A stretch of 64,000 nt of DNA, taken from the NCBI GenBank assembly GCA_039096225.1, contig JBBPEB010000017.1, positions 984,366 to 1,048,365 on the forward strand, written 5' to 3'. Positions 1 through 12,315 of this stretch are shown here, in pieces (position 1 is the first letter of the stretch; each line of letters starts with the position of its first letter). The DNA comes from Blastocystis sp. Blastoise (Eukaryota; Protista; Bigyra: Opalinata). The translations under genes and the position numbers were made by a program. Under the pieces are notes generated by a model. It was not told the origin of the DNA, searched no databases, and saw only the letters and a program-made list of their open reading frames with translations.

Positions 1-3000
1 CAAGAATATTCTTATGGTTCTGATTCATTTACTTGGTTTATTAGTATAGAGAAAGTGAATATTTCTCCTCTTCATTCTGGTGTATCCGATTATAGAATGA
101 AATCTCCTTCTTCTCTTCCTAAAGGATTATCATTAGATTCTATTTCAGGAACTATTAGTGGATATCCTACAGTTACTTTTAGTGATGATTTTATTATAGA
201 AGCGTATAGCTATTTATATGAGAAAACTATTACTATTACATTTCATGTAGATATTTTAGTGTGTAGTAATGATAAATATGTAATTGTTGATTTAATAAAG
301 AATTCAGCAGTTGCTTCTTATGAATATGAATATATAGAATTAATTAATATGAATAATACTGCTGTATATTTAGATCATGCTATTTCTTCTTCAGCATATT
401 ATAGAACCTTATGTTTATTAAAAGGTATATATATACTACGTTTATCATCATCAGGATCATTTTCTTGGTCTGCTTCTTCCAATTTAAAAATATCCTTAAG
501 AGATGATATTTACTCAAATACTGTTTTCTATGGTACTTTACATAATGGATATTCACAAGAATCTCCAATTGCATTAGATTATCTAATAAATAACCGTGAT
601 TCTTCTGTTCTCTGTAAATTAGATAATGATACATTCATAGATTCTACTTGGTATACAAATGATTATTTTACTTCTTCTTCTTCTCCTATAACAAATACAT
701 GGTTTTCATGTTTAAATACGTCTTCTCGATTGAAATATAATAGTTATAATCGTTATTATCGTACTACAATTAATATTGATGATGCTAATAAATATCAAGG
801 TATAGAAATCATATTAAAAGGTCCTAATGGTGTATTATTATATATAAATGAACAAATAGCTTATAAAACAGATCTTAATGATACTTCTATTCCTATTACA
901 GATAATACTATGCCTTCTAATAATGCTAGTACTATTACTCATAGAACTATTTCTTTATCGATGAATTATTTTCATAAGGGTATCAATACTATTGCTTTTG
1001 CTACACTATATAGTAGAACTACAAAATTACCTTATACAAATAATGTAGAATTAAGTATACATTATTTATCATCTAGTGCTATATATCCTAGACTATGGAA
1101 TATATTTGGTTCTATTAATACCACAGAAGTTGAAAGCTATATATCTATGCTTTTTGATTTAGATTATTATACTTCATTTACTATGAGATATTATTTTAAT
1201 AGGGAACAACCAAGAACAATAACGTTATTTTATGAATCTAAATATCGATTTGAATATATTAATAAATATTGTATTTCTATTCGTCCTGCTTTTCCTGAAC
1301 AGGGTCCACAAAAATGGTCATTCTATGGTTGTGATTATGAACGATTAAATTGTATATTATTAAATACTCAAGAAGATATGAAATGGACTCCATCTATAAA
1401 TAGAAAATGCTTTTATACATATCCACATATACAATCTTATTCTATTTATTTATTATCAATATATAAACCAAAAGAAGATAACTATTATAGAATACAAATG
1501 AGTCAACTAGAATTTTATATGTTTAATGAGAATTCTATTCTTATTCCTGAATTAACATATTCTTTGAATCCTATTATTGGATATATAGGAATAGATATAT
1601 CTACTTCTTATCCTACTGATTATTATATATCATTCAGTATTATAGAAGGAACATTACCAAAAGGATTATCTTTAAATACATATACAGGTATTATTGTAGG
1701 TATACCTTCAGAAACTACAGAAAATACTACTATTATTATACAAGGAAGAGATATTCGAAATGAATATAAGAATACTACATTAACTATACAAATATATTCA
1801 TGTATATCTCCAAATATATTATTTAAATCGTATTTCTCTACATCTTGGGATGCACCTTCTAATACTATGTCCTATTATATTCAAGATAGAGAAACAAAAC
1901 AAATTATTGGTAATTATACTCAATTAACACGAATAACAAATAGTGCTTTTCCTTTATGTCTCATGACATTTGATTATTCAATTATTTTAGTTACTAGAGA
2001 TAATAATGGCTGGCTTTCTTCTTCTGTTTCTATACTATTAAAAGATGGTACGAGTGTATTCACAGGCACATTGTCTCCTTCAGAATATAAAAATGAATAT
2101 TTCTTTTCTATTTATAATGTAGTATTACCTAATGAAATACAATGGACTTATTATGATGATACTTTAACTCATAATCCTCTTCCATATGATTGGATGAAGA
2201 TAGATTATCAACCAATAGGATGGAAGACAGGAACTATATTGAATATGTCTCCACAACAAGGTATAACTCAATATTATCGAATGAATTATTATATTACTAC
2301 ATTACAGAATATAGCTGTTGTCTCCTATACAATAACATTAAGAGGTGGTTGTATATTATATATAAATGGAAAGGAAGCATTTCGATATGGATTAGAAAAA
2401 ACTATTATAACTCGTGATACAATATCAATATTTGATCCTTATATACCTGAAACAGTAGGTGGAAGTATTCATTTACAATTAAGTCCTGTATCTATAAATA
2501 TAGGAAATAATACTATAGCTATAGAGATACATCGTGGTAAACGTATATTTGATGATAGTATATTTAGTGCTAGTTTGGTACCTATATTAAAAGATATACG
2601 TAATCAGAAGAATGGCTATGGATATACTGGCTTTTTAGATGAAAATGAAGGAAATAGATTAGCTAATGCATTTGATAATAATAAGAATACTGTATATAAA
2701 TATAGATCACAATGTGTTGGTGTTTCTATTTCATATATTTATAATAATCAAATACAAGAATATATTAATCGATATTCTATAAGTAATTCTTATGTGTGTA
2801 ATATATATACTCCTTCAGGATGGACATTAGAAGGTTCTAATGATGATATTAATTATACTATTATACATAAAACAAGTAAACAATATTTTACATATCAATA
2901 TGAAGAGAAATCTTATTCTATTATTAGTGATATTCCTTATAATAGATATAGATTAACTATTGATGAATGTGAAAATAATTATCTTGAAAATGATGAAAAA

Positions 3001-5517
3001 TCTTTATGTACTTCAGAATTAGCTGCACAAGTATCTGAATTCTCATTGTTTACAGGACTTGTTAATAATTATTGTACATCAGTTGATGGATATCCTTCTG
3101 TTTATTATGGAGAATATTCATATAAATCTTGTGGATTATTTTATACAGGTCAAAAGAAACGACTCTGTTCAGATAAAGGTATTTGGAGTAATGAAGATAA
3201 TAAGAATTGTATTTTATCTCCTCCAACTATATTTAATTATGAACAATCTATCTATCTATTATATGCTTCTGAATCTATTTCTATAAATGTTCCTTTCATA
3301 GATGCTCTCTATATGAATTTCACTAGTTCTCCTTCTCTTCCTTCTTCTTTCTCATTAAATACAGTTACTGGTGTTATTACTAGTGTTCCTTCTTCTACTT
3401 ATATTCCTCTTACACAATATACTATAACTGCTTCTTCTAGTCATTATAATACTACTATATCAACAAAACTCTATATATCTGTTGCCACAGAAATGAATCG
3501 TGATTTTTGTAAAGAAGATGATGTATGGTCAAGAACCTATCAAGGAAATACTACTACTATCGATTGTCCTTCTGGATTTAATGGTTATTATCAACGATCC
3601 TGTATTCCTCCTTCAACTCCGAATGGAATTCCTTCTTGGTCTTCTATTGAGAATCATTGTGTTTTATCTTCTAATTATATAGTTTTATCCTATCCACATT
3701 CATCTTATGTATTTGTATTGAATCGAACTGTATCTGTTAAACCTATAATAACTTCAGGTATCGTTGAGAAATGGTCTATTACTCCTTCTTCTCTTCCTAA
3801 TGGTCTTCTATTTAATAATGGAATTATTTCAGGAATACCTTTAGTATATACAGAAAAGAATAATTATACAATAAAAGCAGAAGGTCAATATAATAATGTT
3901 ACTATTCTATTTATAATAAGTACTGATACTTATTTATGTTTTGAAGATGGTGAATGGCCTCCAGCTAGATATAATACAGATAATTATTTACCTTGTCCTG
4001 ATGGATATATAGGTATACGAGAACGAAGATGTTTAGATTCTACATCTTCAAAGAATTTTTATGTAACAGAAGATGGATATACTGCTATAAAATGGGATCA
4101 AGAACATTATAATTGTAAATTAAAATCTCCTTCTATTTCTATGACTCCTTCTTATATACAAGCAGTGATTAATTCTGAATTATATCCTATTACTCCATTA
4201 TGTATAGGTATATGTACTTCATGGTCTATTATTCCTTCTCTTCCTGAAGGACTTATTATGAATATAACTACAGGTACTATCACAGGTATACCTAAATCTC
4301 CTTATTCTGAATCTATTCATATGATTATTGCTTCAAATAATGATAATTATTCATATATACCTATATCTATAACAGTAATCAATCCTCAATGTCCTGCAGA
4401 AGGTCGTTTTCCTGCTACAAATAAAGGAGAAACAGTCACTTTAGATTGTGGAGATCTATATAAAGAAGGTTCTATTACACGAATATGTAGTAATGATTAT
4501 ATACCCAAGTGGACTAATATGTCAGATACGTGTATATATAAAACACCTGTAGTTACTTATCCTATTACCTATATTGTAGCTTATATACAAGACCCATTAA
4601 TAGGAATATCTCCTAATATTCAGAATTATATTAATTCATGGACTGTGACTCCTGATTTCCCCACGGGAATCACATTGAATACGAAAAGTGGAGTTATTGA
4701 AGGAACACCTACTATATTATCATCTTTAAAAACTTATAAAATAACTGCAAGTAATCCAGATAAACAAATGAGTATAGATATACAACTACTGATTCGAGAA
4801 CATACATGTAAAGAAGAAAATGATTGGCCAGAAACTTCTATTGGTCAAACAGCTTATTTATTATGTACTTCTATTCGAACTTCTTATAGAACACGTGAAT
4901 GTGTTCGTAATGGAGTTTCTGCTTTATGGTCCAATGAAAATAGAACACGTTGTTTATTACCTTCTTCTTCTCCTTCGTCTTCTTATGTATATATTGAATA
5001 TACTATATATATATCAGGAATAAGAAGTGAATCGATTCAAGGAAAACAAATTTATATATTATTACATACATTAGATAATTATTTATCTGTTTATTCTATT
5101 CCTTCTTCTCATATATGGATTACATCATTAGAAGATATATATCTTAATGTGAATGAGAATCATAAGATTCGTATGATTATTCGTATTATGGATATTGAGA
5201 ACGAAGTAGAGAAATGGAAGGATACTATATATCATTATCTTATTAATGAATATAAAGATACAAATAATGATATTCAAGTATTATTATCTGATTGTACAAT
5301 CACTAGTAATTATGATGACATACATATTATAGAAAATACCAGTAATGGTTCTTTAGTATTTATTATTATCGGTAGTGTAATAGGAATAACAGTATTCATT
5401 ATTGTCGGATATTTTATGTATAATTATTGTAAATATCATATATTTAATAATAGTTATAATCGTAAGGTATATAAAGATATATATATCAAACAAGGTTTAT
5501 TGATGTCTGTTCATTAA
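1..5517 (+). CDS. 5'-truncated large type-I membrane/surface protein: repeated putative Ig (He_PIG-like) domains, discoidin/galactose-binding-like domains, Cys/Trp (HormR-like) repeats, C-terminal TM helix
   Basis: Frame is open from base 1, so the GTG at 55 is not the true start; it ends at TAA 5515-5517. Repeated LPxGLxLxxxxGxIxGxP motifs (LPKGLSLDSISGTISGYPT, LPEGLIMNITTGTITGIPK), AFDNNKNT...PSGWTLEGSND, CxxxxxWPxTxxGxxxxxxC..G...RxC repeats, hydrophobic LVFIIIGSVIGITVFIIVGYFMY and a short basic tail. Confidence 0.85.
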   Translation, partial: QEYSYGSDSFTWFISIEKVNISPLHSGVSDYRMKSPSSLPKGLSLDSISGTISGYPTVTFSDDFIIEAYSYLYEKTITITFHVDILVCSNDKYVIVDLIKNSAVASYEYEYIELINMNNTAVYLDHAISSSAYYRTLCLLKGIYILRLSSSGSFSWSASSNLKISLRDDIYSNTVFYGTLHNGYSQESPIALDYLINNRDSSVLCKLDNDTFIDSTWYTNDYFTSSSSPITNTWFSCLNTSSRLKYNSYNRYYRTTINIDDANKYQGIEIILKGPNGVLLYINEQIAYKTDLNDTSIPITDNTMPSNNASTITHRTISLSMNYFHKGINTIAFATLYSRTTKLPYTNNVELSIHYLSSSAIYPRLWNIFGSINTTEVESYISMLFDLDYYTSFTMRYYFNREQPRTITLFYESKYRFEYINKYCISIRPAFPEQGPQKWSFYGCDYERLNCILLNTQEDMKWTPSINRKCFYTYPHIQSYSIYLLSIYKPKEDNYYRIQMSQLEFYMFNENSILIPELTYSLNPIIGYIGIDISTSYPTDYYISFSIIEGTLPKGLSLNTYTGIIVGIPSETTENTTIIIQGRDIRNEYKNTTLTIQIYSCISPNILFKSYFSTSWDAPSNTMSYYIQDRETKQIIGNYTQLTRITNSAFPLCLMTFDYSIILVTRDNNGWLSSSVSILLKDGTSVFTGTLSPSEYKNEYFFSIYNVVLPNEIQWTYYDDTLTHNPLPYDWMKIDYQPIGWKTGTILNMSPQQGITQYYRMNYYITTLQNIAVVSYTITLRGGCILYINGKEAFRYGLEKTIITRDTISIFDPYIPETVGGSIHLQLSPVSINIGNNTIAIEIHRGKRIFDDSIFSASLVPILKDIRNQKNGYGYTGFLDENEGNRLANAFDNNKNTVYKYRSQCVGVSISYIYNNQIQEYINRYSISNSYVCNIYTPSGWTLEGSNDDINYTIIHKTSKQYFTYQYEEKSYSIISDIPYNRYRLTIDECENNYLENDEKSLCTSELAAQVSEFSLFTGLVNNYCTSVDGYPSVYYGEYSYKSCGLFYTGQKKRLCSDKGIWSNEDNKNCILSPPTIFNYEQSIYLLYASESISINVPFIDALYMNFTSSPSLPSSFSLNTVTGVITSVPSSTYIPLTQYTITASSSHYNTTISTKLYISVATEMNRDFCKEDDVWSRTYQGNTTTIDCPSGFNGYYQRSCIPPSTPNGIPSWSSIENHCVLSSNYIVLSYPHSSYVFVLNRTVSVKPIITSGIVEKWSITPSSLPNGLLFNNGIISGIPLVYTEKNNYTIKAEGQYNNVTILFIISTDTYLCFEDGEWPPARYNTDNYLPCPDGYIGIRERRCLDSTSSKNFYVTEDGYTAIKWDQEHYNCKLKSPSISMTPSYIQAVINSELYPITPLCIGICTSWSIIPSLPEGLIMNITTGTITGIPKSPYSESIHMIIASNNDNYSYIPISITVINPQCPAEGRFPATNKGETVTLDCGDLYKEGSITRICSNDYIPKWTNMSDTCIYKTPVVTYPITYIVAYIQDPLIGISPNIQNYINSWTVTPDFPTGITLNTKSGVIEGTPTILSSLKTYKITASNPDKQMSIDIQLLIREHTCKEENDWPETSIGQTAYLLCTSIRTSYRTRECVRNGVSALWSNENRTRCLLPSSSPSSSYVYIEYTIYISGIRSESIQGKQIYILLHTLDNYLSVYSIPSSHIWITSLEDIYLNVNENHKIRMIIRIMDIENEVEKWKDTIYHYLINEYKDTNNDIQVLLSDCTITSNYDDIHIIENTSNGSLVFIIIGSVIGITVFIIVGYFMYNYCKYHIFNNSYNRKVYKDIYIKQGLLMSVH

Positions 5518-5995
5518 ATGATTTTTCTTTTTTTCTAGATTTCTTTTTACAAATGTATATATTTTATAATTTTCTGTAGATATTAAAATCTTATCTATTT
5601 ATTTAGCTTGTAATCTGGTTTTATTTTTTAATATATTTATTATAAAAGTCTTTGAGTACTGTTTACAATAGTATTCAAGCAAAATTTCATTTTTTTTTTC
5701 AATATTTTTTTTGATTTCTTACGAAGGATATCCATGATTATATCTATTTTCTTGTTTTAAATTTTTGACATATTTTCTGGATATTTTTTTTATATTCGTG
5801 AATATTAAATTTTATTATTTATTTTCTATATTATTAATTGTTCATTTTTGTAAATATATGTATATAATAAGGAATAATTATTGTTTAGTTTTAGTTATAT
5901 TATAATTGTTTTTAATGTATTTTCTTTTTATAAATATAATAAATATTGTGAATAATAATAATAATAATAAAATAATATTTGATAAAATAAAATAA

Positions 5996-6026
<31 letters not shown>

Positions 6027-6207
6027 TAATATTAATATTTATTAAGGTTAGAATTTAAATTAAATATAAAATTATTGTTAGGGTTAGGGTTAATATAAAA
6101 TAAGGGTTAAATTTTGAATATAAAATAGGTTAGGGGTTTAGTGGTTAGGGTTAAGGTTAATATAAAATAATTTATGGGTTAGATTTTTAATATAAAAAAA
6201 TTTATAA

Positions 6208-6238
<31 letters not shown>

Positions 6239-6363
6239 AAAAAATTGAATAAATGAATATAAATGAATATAAATAAAATAATAAAAAAAAAGTAATAGAA
6301 TAATTTATAATAAAAAGAATAATAGAATAAAATAGAATAATAATAAAAAGAATAATAATAGAA

Positions 6364-6482
<119 letters not shown>

Positions 6483-6524
6483 GAATATAATAGTATAATA
6501 ATAAAATAATAATAAATATATCTT

Positions 6525-6643
6525 GAGAACGGCCATATCAAGTGGACAACGCCCTAACCCGTCTGATCTAGGAAGCTAAGCCACTTCGAGCTAGGATAGT
6601 AGCGGTGTGGGGGACTCGCCGTGAAGTCCTAGTGCTGTTCTTT
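6525..6643 (+). rRNA. 5S rRNA (copy 1)
   Basis: GAGAACGGCCATA...GTCTGATC..GAAGCTAAG...GATAGTA...GTGAAG...GCTGTTCTT. Helix I GAGAACGGC/GCTGTTCTT, box A, followed by an oligo-T Pol III terminator. Confidence 0.95.
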
Positions 6644-7109
6644 TTTTATTTTTTATTTTTTATTTATTTTTTTATTCTTTTTATTTATTTATTATTCTTT
6701 TTATTATTAATATATTTATTATTATTATTATTATTAAATAACATTTTATTTATATATTATTATTATAAAAGAAAATTTTATTTAATTTTTTATTTTTATT
6801 TTTTTTTTCTCTCTTTCTTTTTTATTATTATTGTTTTGTAAACATATTAAATATTATGAATAATAGAATAATAATATTTGATAAAATAAAATAAAATAAT
6901 TTAATTATATATATATATATATATATATTAATATTAATATTTATTAAGGTTAGAATTTAAATTAAATATAAAATTATTGTTAGGGTTAGGGTTAATATAA
7001 AATAAGGGTTAAATTTTGAATATAAAATAGGTTAGGGGTTTAGTGGTTAGGGTTAAGGTTAATATAAAATAATTTATGGGTTAGATTTTTAATATAAAAA
7101 AATTTATAA

Positions 7110-7140
<31 letters not shown>

Positions 7141-7266
7141 AAAAAAATTGAATAAATGAATATAAATGAATATAAATAAAATAATAAAAAAAAAGTAATA
7201 GAATAATTTATAATAAAAAGAATAATAGAATAAAATAGAATAATAATAAAAAAAATAATAATAGAA

Positions 7267-7388
<122 letters not shown>

Positions 7389-7430
7389 GAATATAATAGT
7401 ATAATAATAAAATAATAATAAATATATCTT

Positions 7431-7549
7431 GAGAACGGCCATATCAAGTGGACAACGCCCTAACCCGTCTGATCTAGGAAGCTAAGCCACTTCGAGCTAG
7501 GATAGTAGCGGTGTGGGGGACTCGCCGTGAAGTCCTAGTGCTGTTCTTT
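7431..7549 (+). rRNA. 5S rRNA (copy 2)
   Basis: Same sequence as copy 1. Confidence 0.95.
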
Positions 7550-8014
7550 TTTTATTTTTTATTTTTTATTTATTTTTTTATTCTTTTTATTTATTTATTA
7601 TTCTTTTTATTATTAATATATTTATTATTATTATTATTATTAAATAACATTTTATTTATATATTATTATTATAAAAGAAAATTTTATTTAATTTTTTATT
7701 TTTATTTTTTTTTCTCTCTTTCTTTTTTATTATTATTGTTTTGTAAACATATTAAATATTATGAATAATAGAATAATAATATTTGATAAAATAAAATAAA
7801 ATAATTTAATTATATATATATATATATATATATTAATATTAATATTTATTAAGGTTAGAATTTAAATTAAATATAAAATTATTGTTAGGGTTAGGGTTAA
7901 TATAAAATAAGGGTTAAATTTTGAATATAAAATAGGTTAGGGGTTTAGTGGTTAGGGTTAAGGTTAATATAAAATAATTTATGGGTTAGATTTTTAATAT
8001 AAAAAAATTTATAA

Positions 8015-8045
<31 letters not shown>

Positions 8046-8170
8046 AAAAAATTGAATAAATGAATATAAATGAATATAAATAAAATAATAAAAAAAAAGT
8101 AATAGAATAATTTATAATAAAAAGAATAATAGAATAAAATAGAATAATAATAAAAAGAATAATAATAGAA

Positions 8171-8289
<119 letters not shown>

Positions 8290-8331
8290 GAATATAATAG
8301 TATAATAATAAAATAATAATAAATATATCTT

Positions 8332-8450
8332 GAGAACGGCCATATCAAGTGGACAACGCCCTAACCCGTCTGATCTAGGAAGCTAAGCCACTTCGAGCTA
8401 GGATAGTAGCGGTGTGGGGGACTCGCCGTGAAGTCCTAGTGCTGTTCTTT
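8332..8450 (+). rRNA. 5S rRNA (copy 3)
   Basis: Same sequence as copy 1. Confidence 0.95.
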
Positions 8451-8907
8451 TTTTATTTTTTATTTATTTTTTTATTCTTTTTATTTATTTATTATTCTTT
8501 TTATTATTAATATATTTATTATTATTATTATTATTAAATAACATTTTATTTATATATTATTATTATAAAAGAAAATTTTATTTAATTTTTTATTTTTTTT
8601 TTTTTTCTCTCTTTCTTTTTTATTATTATTGTTTTGTAAACATATTAAATATTATGAATAATAGAATAATAATATTTGATAAAATAAAATAAAATAATTT
8701 AATTATATATATATATATATATATATTAATATTAATATTTATTAAGGTTAGAATTTAAATTAAATATAAAATTATTGTTAGGGTTAGGGTTAATATAAAA
8801 TAAGGGTTAAATTTTGAATATAAAATAGGTTAGGGGTTTAGTGGTTAGGGTTAAGGTTAATATAAAATAATTTATGGGTTAGATTTTTAATATAAAAAAA
8901 TTTATAA

Positions 8908-8938
<31 letters not shown>

Positions 8939-9075
8939 AAAAAATTGAATAAATGAATATAAATGAATATAAATAAAATAATAAAAAAAAAGTAATAGAA
9001 TAATTTATAATAAAAAGAATAATAGAATAAAATAGAATAATAATAAAAAGAATAATAATAGAATAATAATAAAAA

Positions 9076-9187
<112 letters not shown>

Positions 9188-9229
9188 GAATATAATAGTA
9201 TAATAATAAAATAATAATAAATATATCTT

Positions 9230-9348
9230 GAGAACGGCCATATCAAGTGGACAACGCCCTAACCCGTCTGATCTAGGAAGCTAAGCCACTTCGAGCTAGG
9301 ATAGTAGCGGTGTGGGGGACTCGCCGTGAAGTCCTAGTGCTGTTCTTT
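9230..9348 (+). rRNA. 5S rRNA (copy 4)
   Basis: Same sequence as copy 1. Confidence 0.95.
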
Positions 9349-9604
9349 TTTTATTTTTTATTTTTTATTTATTTTTTTATTCTTTTTATTTATTTATTAT
9401 TCTTTTTATTATTAATATATTTATTATTATTATTATTATTAAATAACATTTTATTTATATATTATTATTATAAAAGAAAATTTTATTTAATTTTTTATTT
9501 TTATTTTTTTTTTCTCTCTTTCTTTTTTATTATTATTGTTTTGTAAACATATTAAATATTATGAATAATAGAATAATAATATTTGATAAAATAAAATAAA
9601 ATAA

Positions 9605-9635
<31 letters not shown>

Positions 9636-9816
9636 TAATATTAATATTTATTAAGGTTAGAATTTAAATTAAATATAAAATTATTGTTAGGGTTAGGGTT
9701 AATATAAAATAAGGGTTAAATTTTGAATATAAAATAGGTTAGGGGTTTAGTGGTTAGGGTTAAGGTTAATATAAAATAATTTATGGGTTAGATTTTTAAT
9801 ATAAAAAAATTTATAA

Positions 9817-9847
<31 letters not shown>

Positions 9848-9984
9848 AAAAAATTGAATAAATGAATATAAATGAATATAAATAAAATAATAAAAAAAAA
9901 GTAATAGAATAATTTATAATAAAAAGAATAATAGAATAAAATAGAATAATAATAAAAAGAATAATAATAGAATAATAATAAAAA

Positions 9985-10093
<109 letters not shown>

Positions 10094-10135
10094 GAATATA
10101 ATAGTATAATAATAAAATAATAATAAATATATCTT

Positions 10136-10254
10136 GAGAACGGCCATATCAAGTGGACAACGCCCTAACCCGTCTGATCTAGGAAGCTAAGCCACTTCGA
10201 GCTAGGATAGTAGCGGTGTGGGGGACTCGCCGTGAAGTCCTAGTGCTGTTCTTT
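10136..10254 (+). rRNA. 5S rRNA (copy 5)
   Basis: Same sequence as copy 1. Confidence 0.95.
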
Positions 10255-10712
10255 TTTTATTTTTTATTTATTTTTTTATTCTTTTTATTTATTTATTATT
10301 CTTTTTATTATTAATATATTTATTATTATTATTATTATTAAATAACATTTTATTTATATATTATTATTATAAAAGAAAATTTTATTTAATTTTTTATTTT
10401 TATTTTTTTTTCTCTCTTTCTTTTTTATTATTATTGTTTTGTAAACATATTAAATATTATGAATAATAGAATAATAATATTTGATAAAATAAAATAAAAT
10501 AATTTAATTATATATATATATATATATATATTAATATTAATATTTATTAAGGTTAGAATTTAAATTAAATATAAAATTATTGTTAGGGTTAGGGTTAATA
10601 TAAAATAAGGGTTAAATTTTGAATATAAAATAGGTTAGGGGTTTAGTGGTTAGGGTTAAGGTTAATATAAAATAATTTATGGGTTAGATTTTTAATATAA
10701 AAAAATTTATAA

Positions 10713-10743
<31 letters not shown>

Positions 10744-10868
10744 AAAAAATTGAATAAATGAATATAAATGAATATAAATAAAATAATAAAAAAAAAGTAA
10801 TAGAATAATTTATAATAAAAAGAATAATAGAATAAAATAGAATAATAATAAAAAGAATAATAATAGAA

Positions 10869-10990
<122 letters not shown>

Positions 10991-11032
10991 GAATATAATA
11001 GTATAATAATAAAATAATAATAAATATATCTT

Positions 11033-11151
11033 GAGAACGGCCATATCAAGTGGACAACGCCCTAACCCGTCTGATCTAGGAAGCTAAGCCACTTCGAGCT
11101 AGGATAGTAGCGGTGTGGGGGACTCGCCGTGAAGTCCTAGTGCTGTTCTTT
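11033..11151 (+). rRNA. 5S rRNA (copy 6)
   Basis: Same sequence as copy 1. Confidence 0.95.
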
Positions 11152-11617
11152 TTTTATTTTTTATTTTTTATTTATTTTTTTATTCTTTTTATTTATTTAT
11201 TATTCTTTTTATTATTAATATATTTATTATTATTATTATTATTAAATAACATTTTATTTATATATTATTATTATAAAAGAAAATTTTATTTAATTTTTTA
11301 TTTTTATTTTTTTTTTCTCTCTTTCTTTTTTATTATTATTGTTTTGTAAACATATTAAATATTATGAATAATAGAATAATAATATTTGATAAAATAAAAT
11401 AAAATAATTTAATTATATATATATATATATATATATTAATATTAATATTTATTAAGGTTAGAATTTAAATTAAATATAAAATTATTGTTAGGGTTAGGGT
11501 TAATATAAAATAAGGGTTAAATTTTGAATATAAAATAGGTTAGGGGTTTAGTGGTTAGGGTTAAGGTTAATATAAAATAATTTATGGGTTAGATTTTTAA
11601 TATAAAAAAATTTATAA

Positions 11618-11648
<31 letters not shown>

Positions 11649-11773
11649 AAAAAATTGAATAAATGAATATAAATGAATATAAATAAAATAATAAAAAAAA
11701 AGTAATAGAATAATTTATAATAAAAAGAATAATAGAATAAAATAGAATAATAATAAAAAGAATAATAATAGAA

Positions 11774-11886
<113 letters not shown>

Positions 11887-11928
11887 GAATATAATAGTAT
11901 AATAATAAAATAATAATAAATATATCTT

Positions 11929-12047
11929 GAGAACGGCCATATCAAGTGGACAACGCCCTAACCCGTCTGATCTAGGAAGCTAAGCCACTTCGAGCTAGGA
12001 TAGTAGCGGTGTGGGGGACTCGCCGTGAAGTCCTAGTGCTGTTCTTT
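11929..12047 (+). rRNA. 5S rRNA (copy 7)
   Basis: Same sequence as copy 1. Confidence 0.95.
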
Positions 12048-12315
12048 TTTTATTTTTTATTTTTTATTTATTTTTTTATTCTTTTTATTTATTTATTATT
12101 CTTTTTATTATTAATATATTTATTATTATTATTATTATTAAATAACATTTTATTTATATATTATTATTATAAAAGAAAATTTTATTTAATTTTTTATTTT
12201 TATTTTTTTTTTCTCTCTTTCTTTTTTATTATTATTGTTTTGTAAACATATTAAATATTATGAATAATAGAATAATAATATTTGATAAAATAAAATAAAA
12301 TAATTTAATTATATA

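Noticed and set aside
380-5023. Short ORFs nested in the surface-protein gene
   Set aside because: Off-frame or antisense shadows with no independent support.
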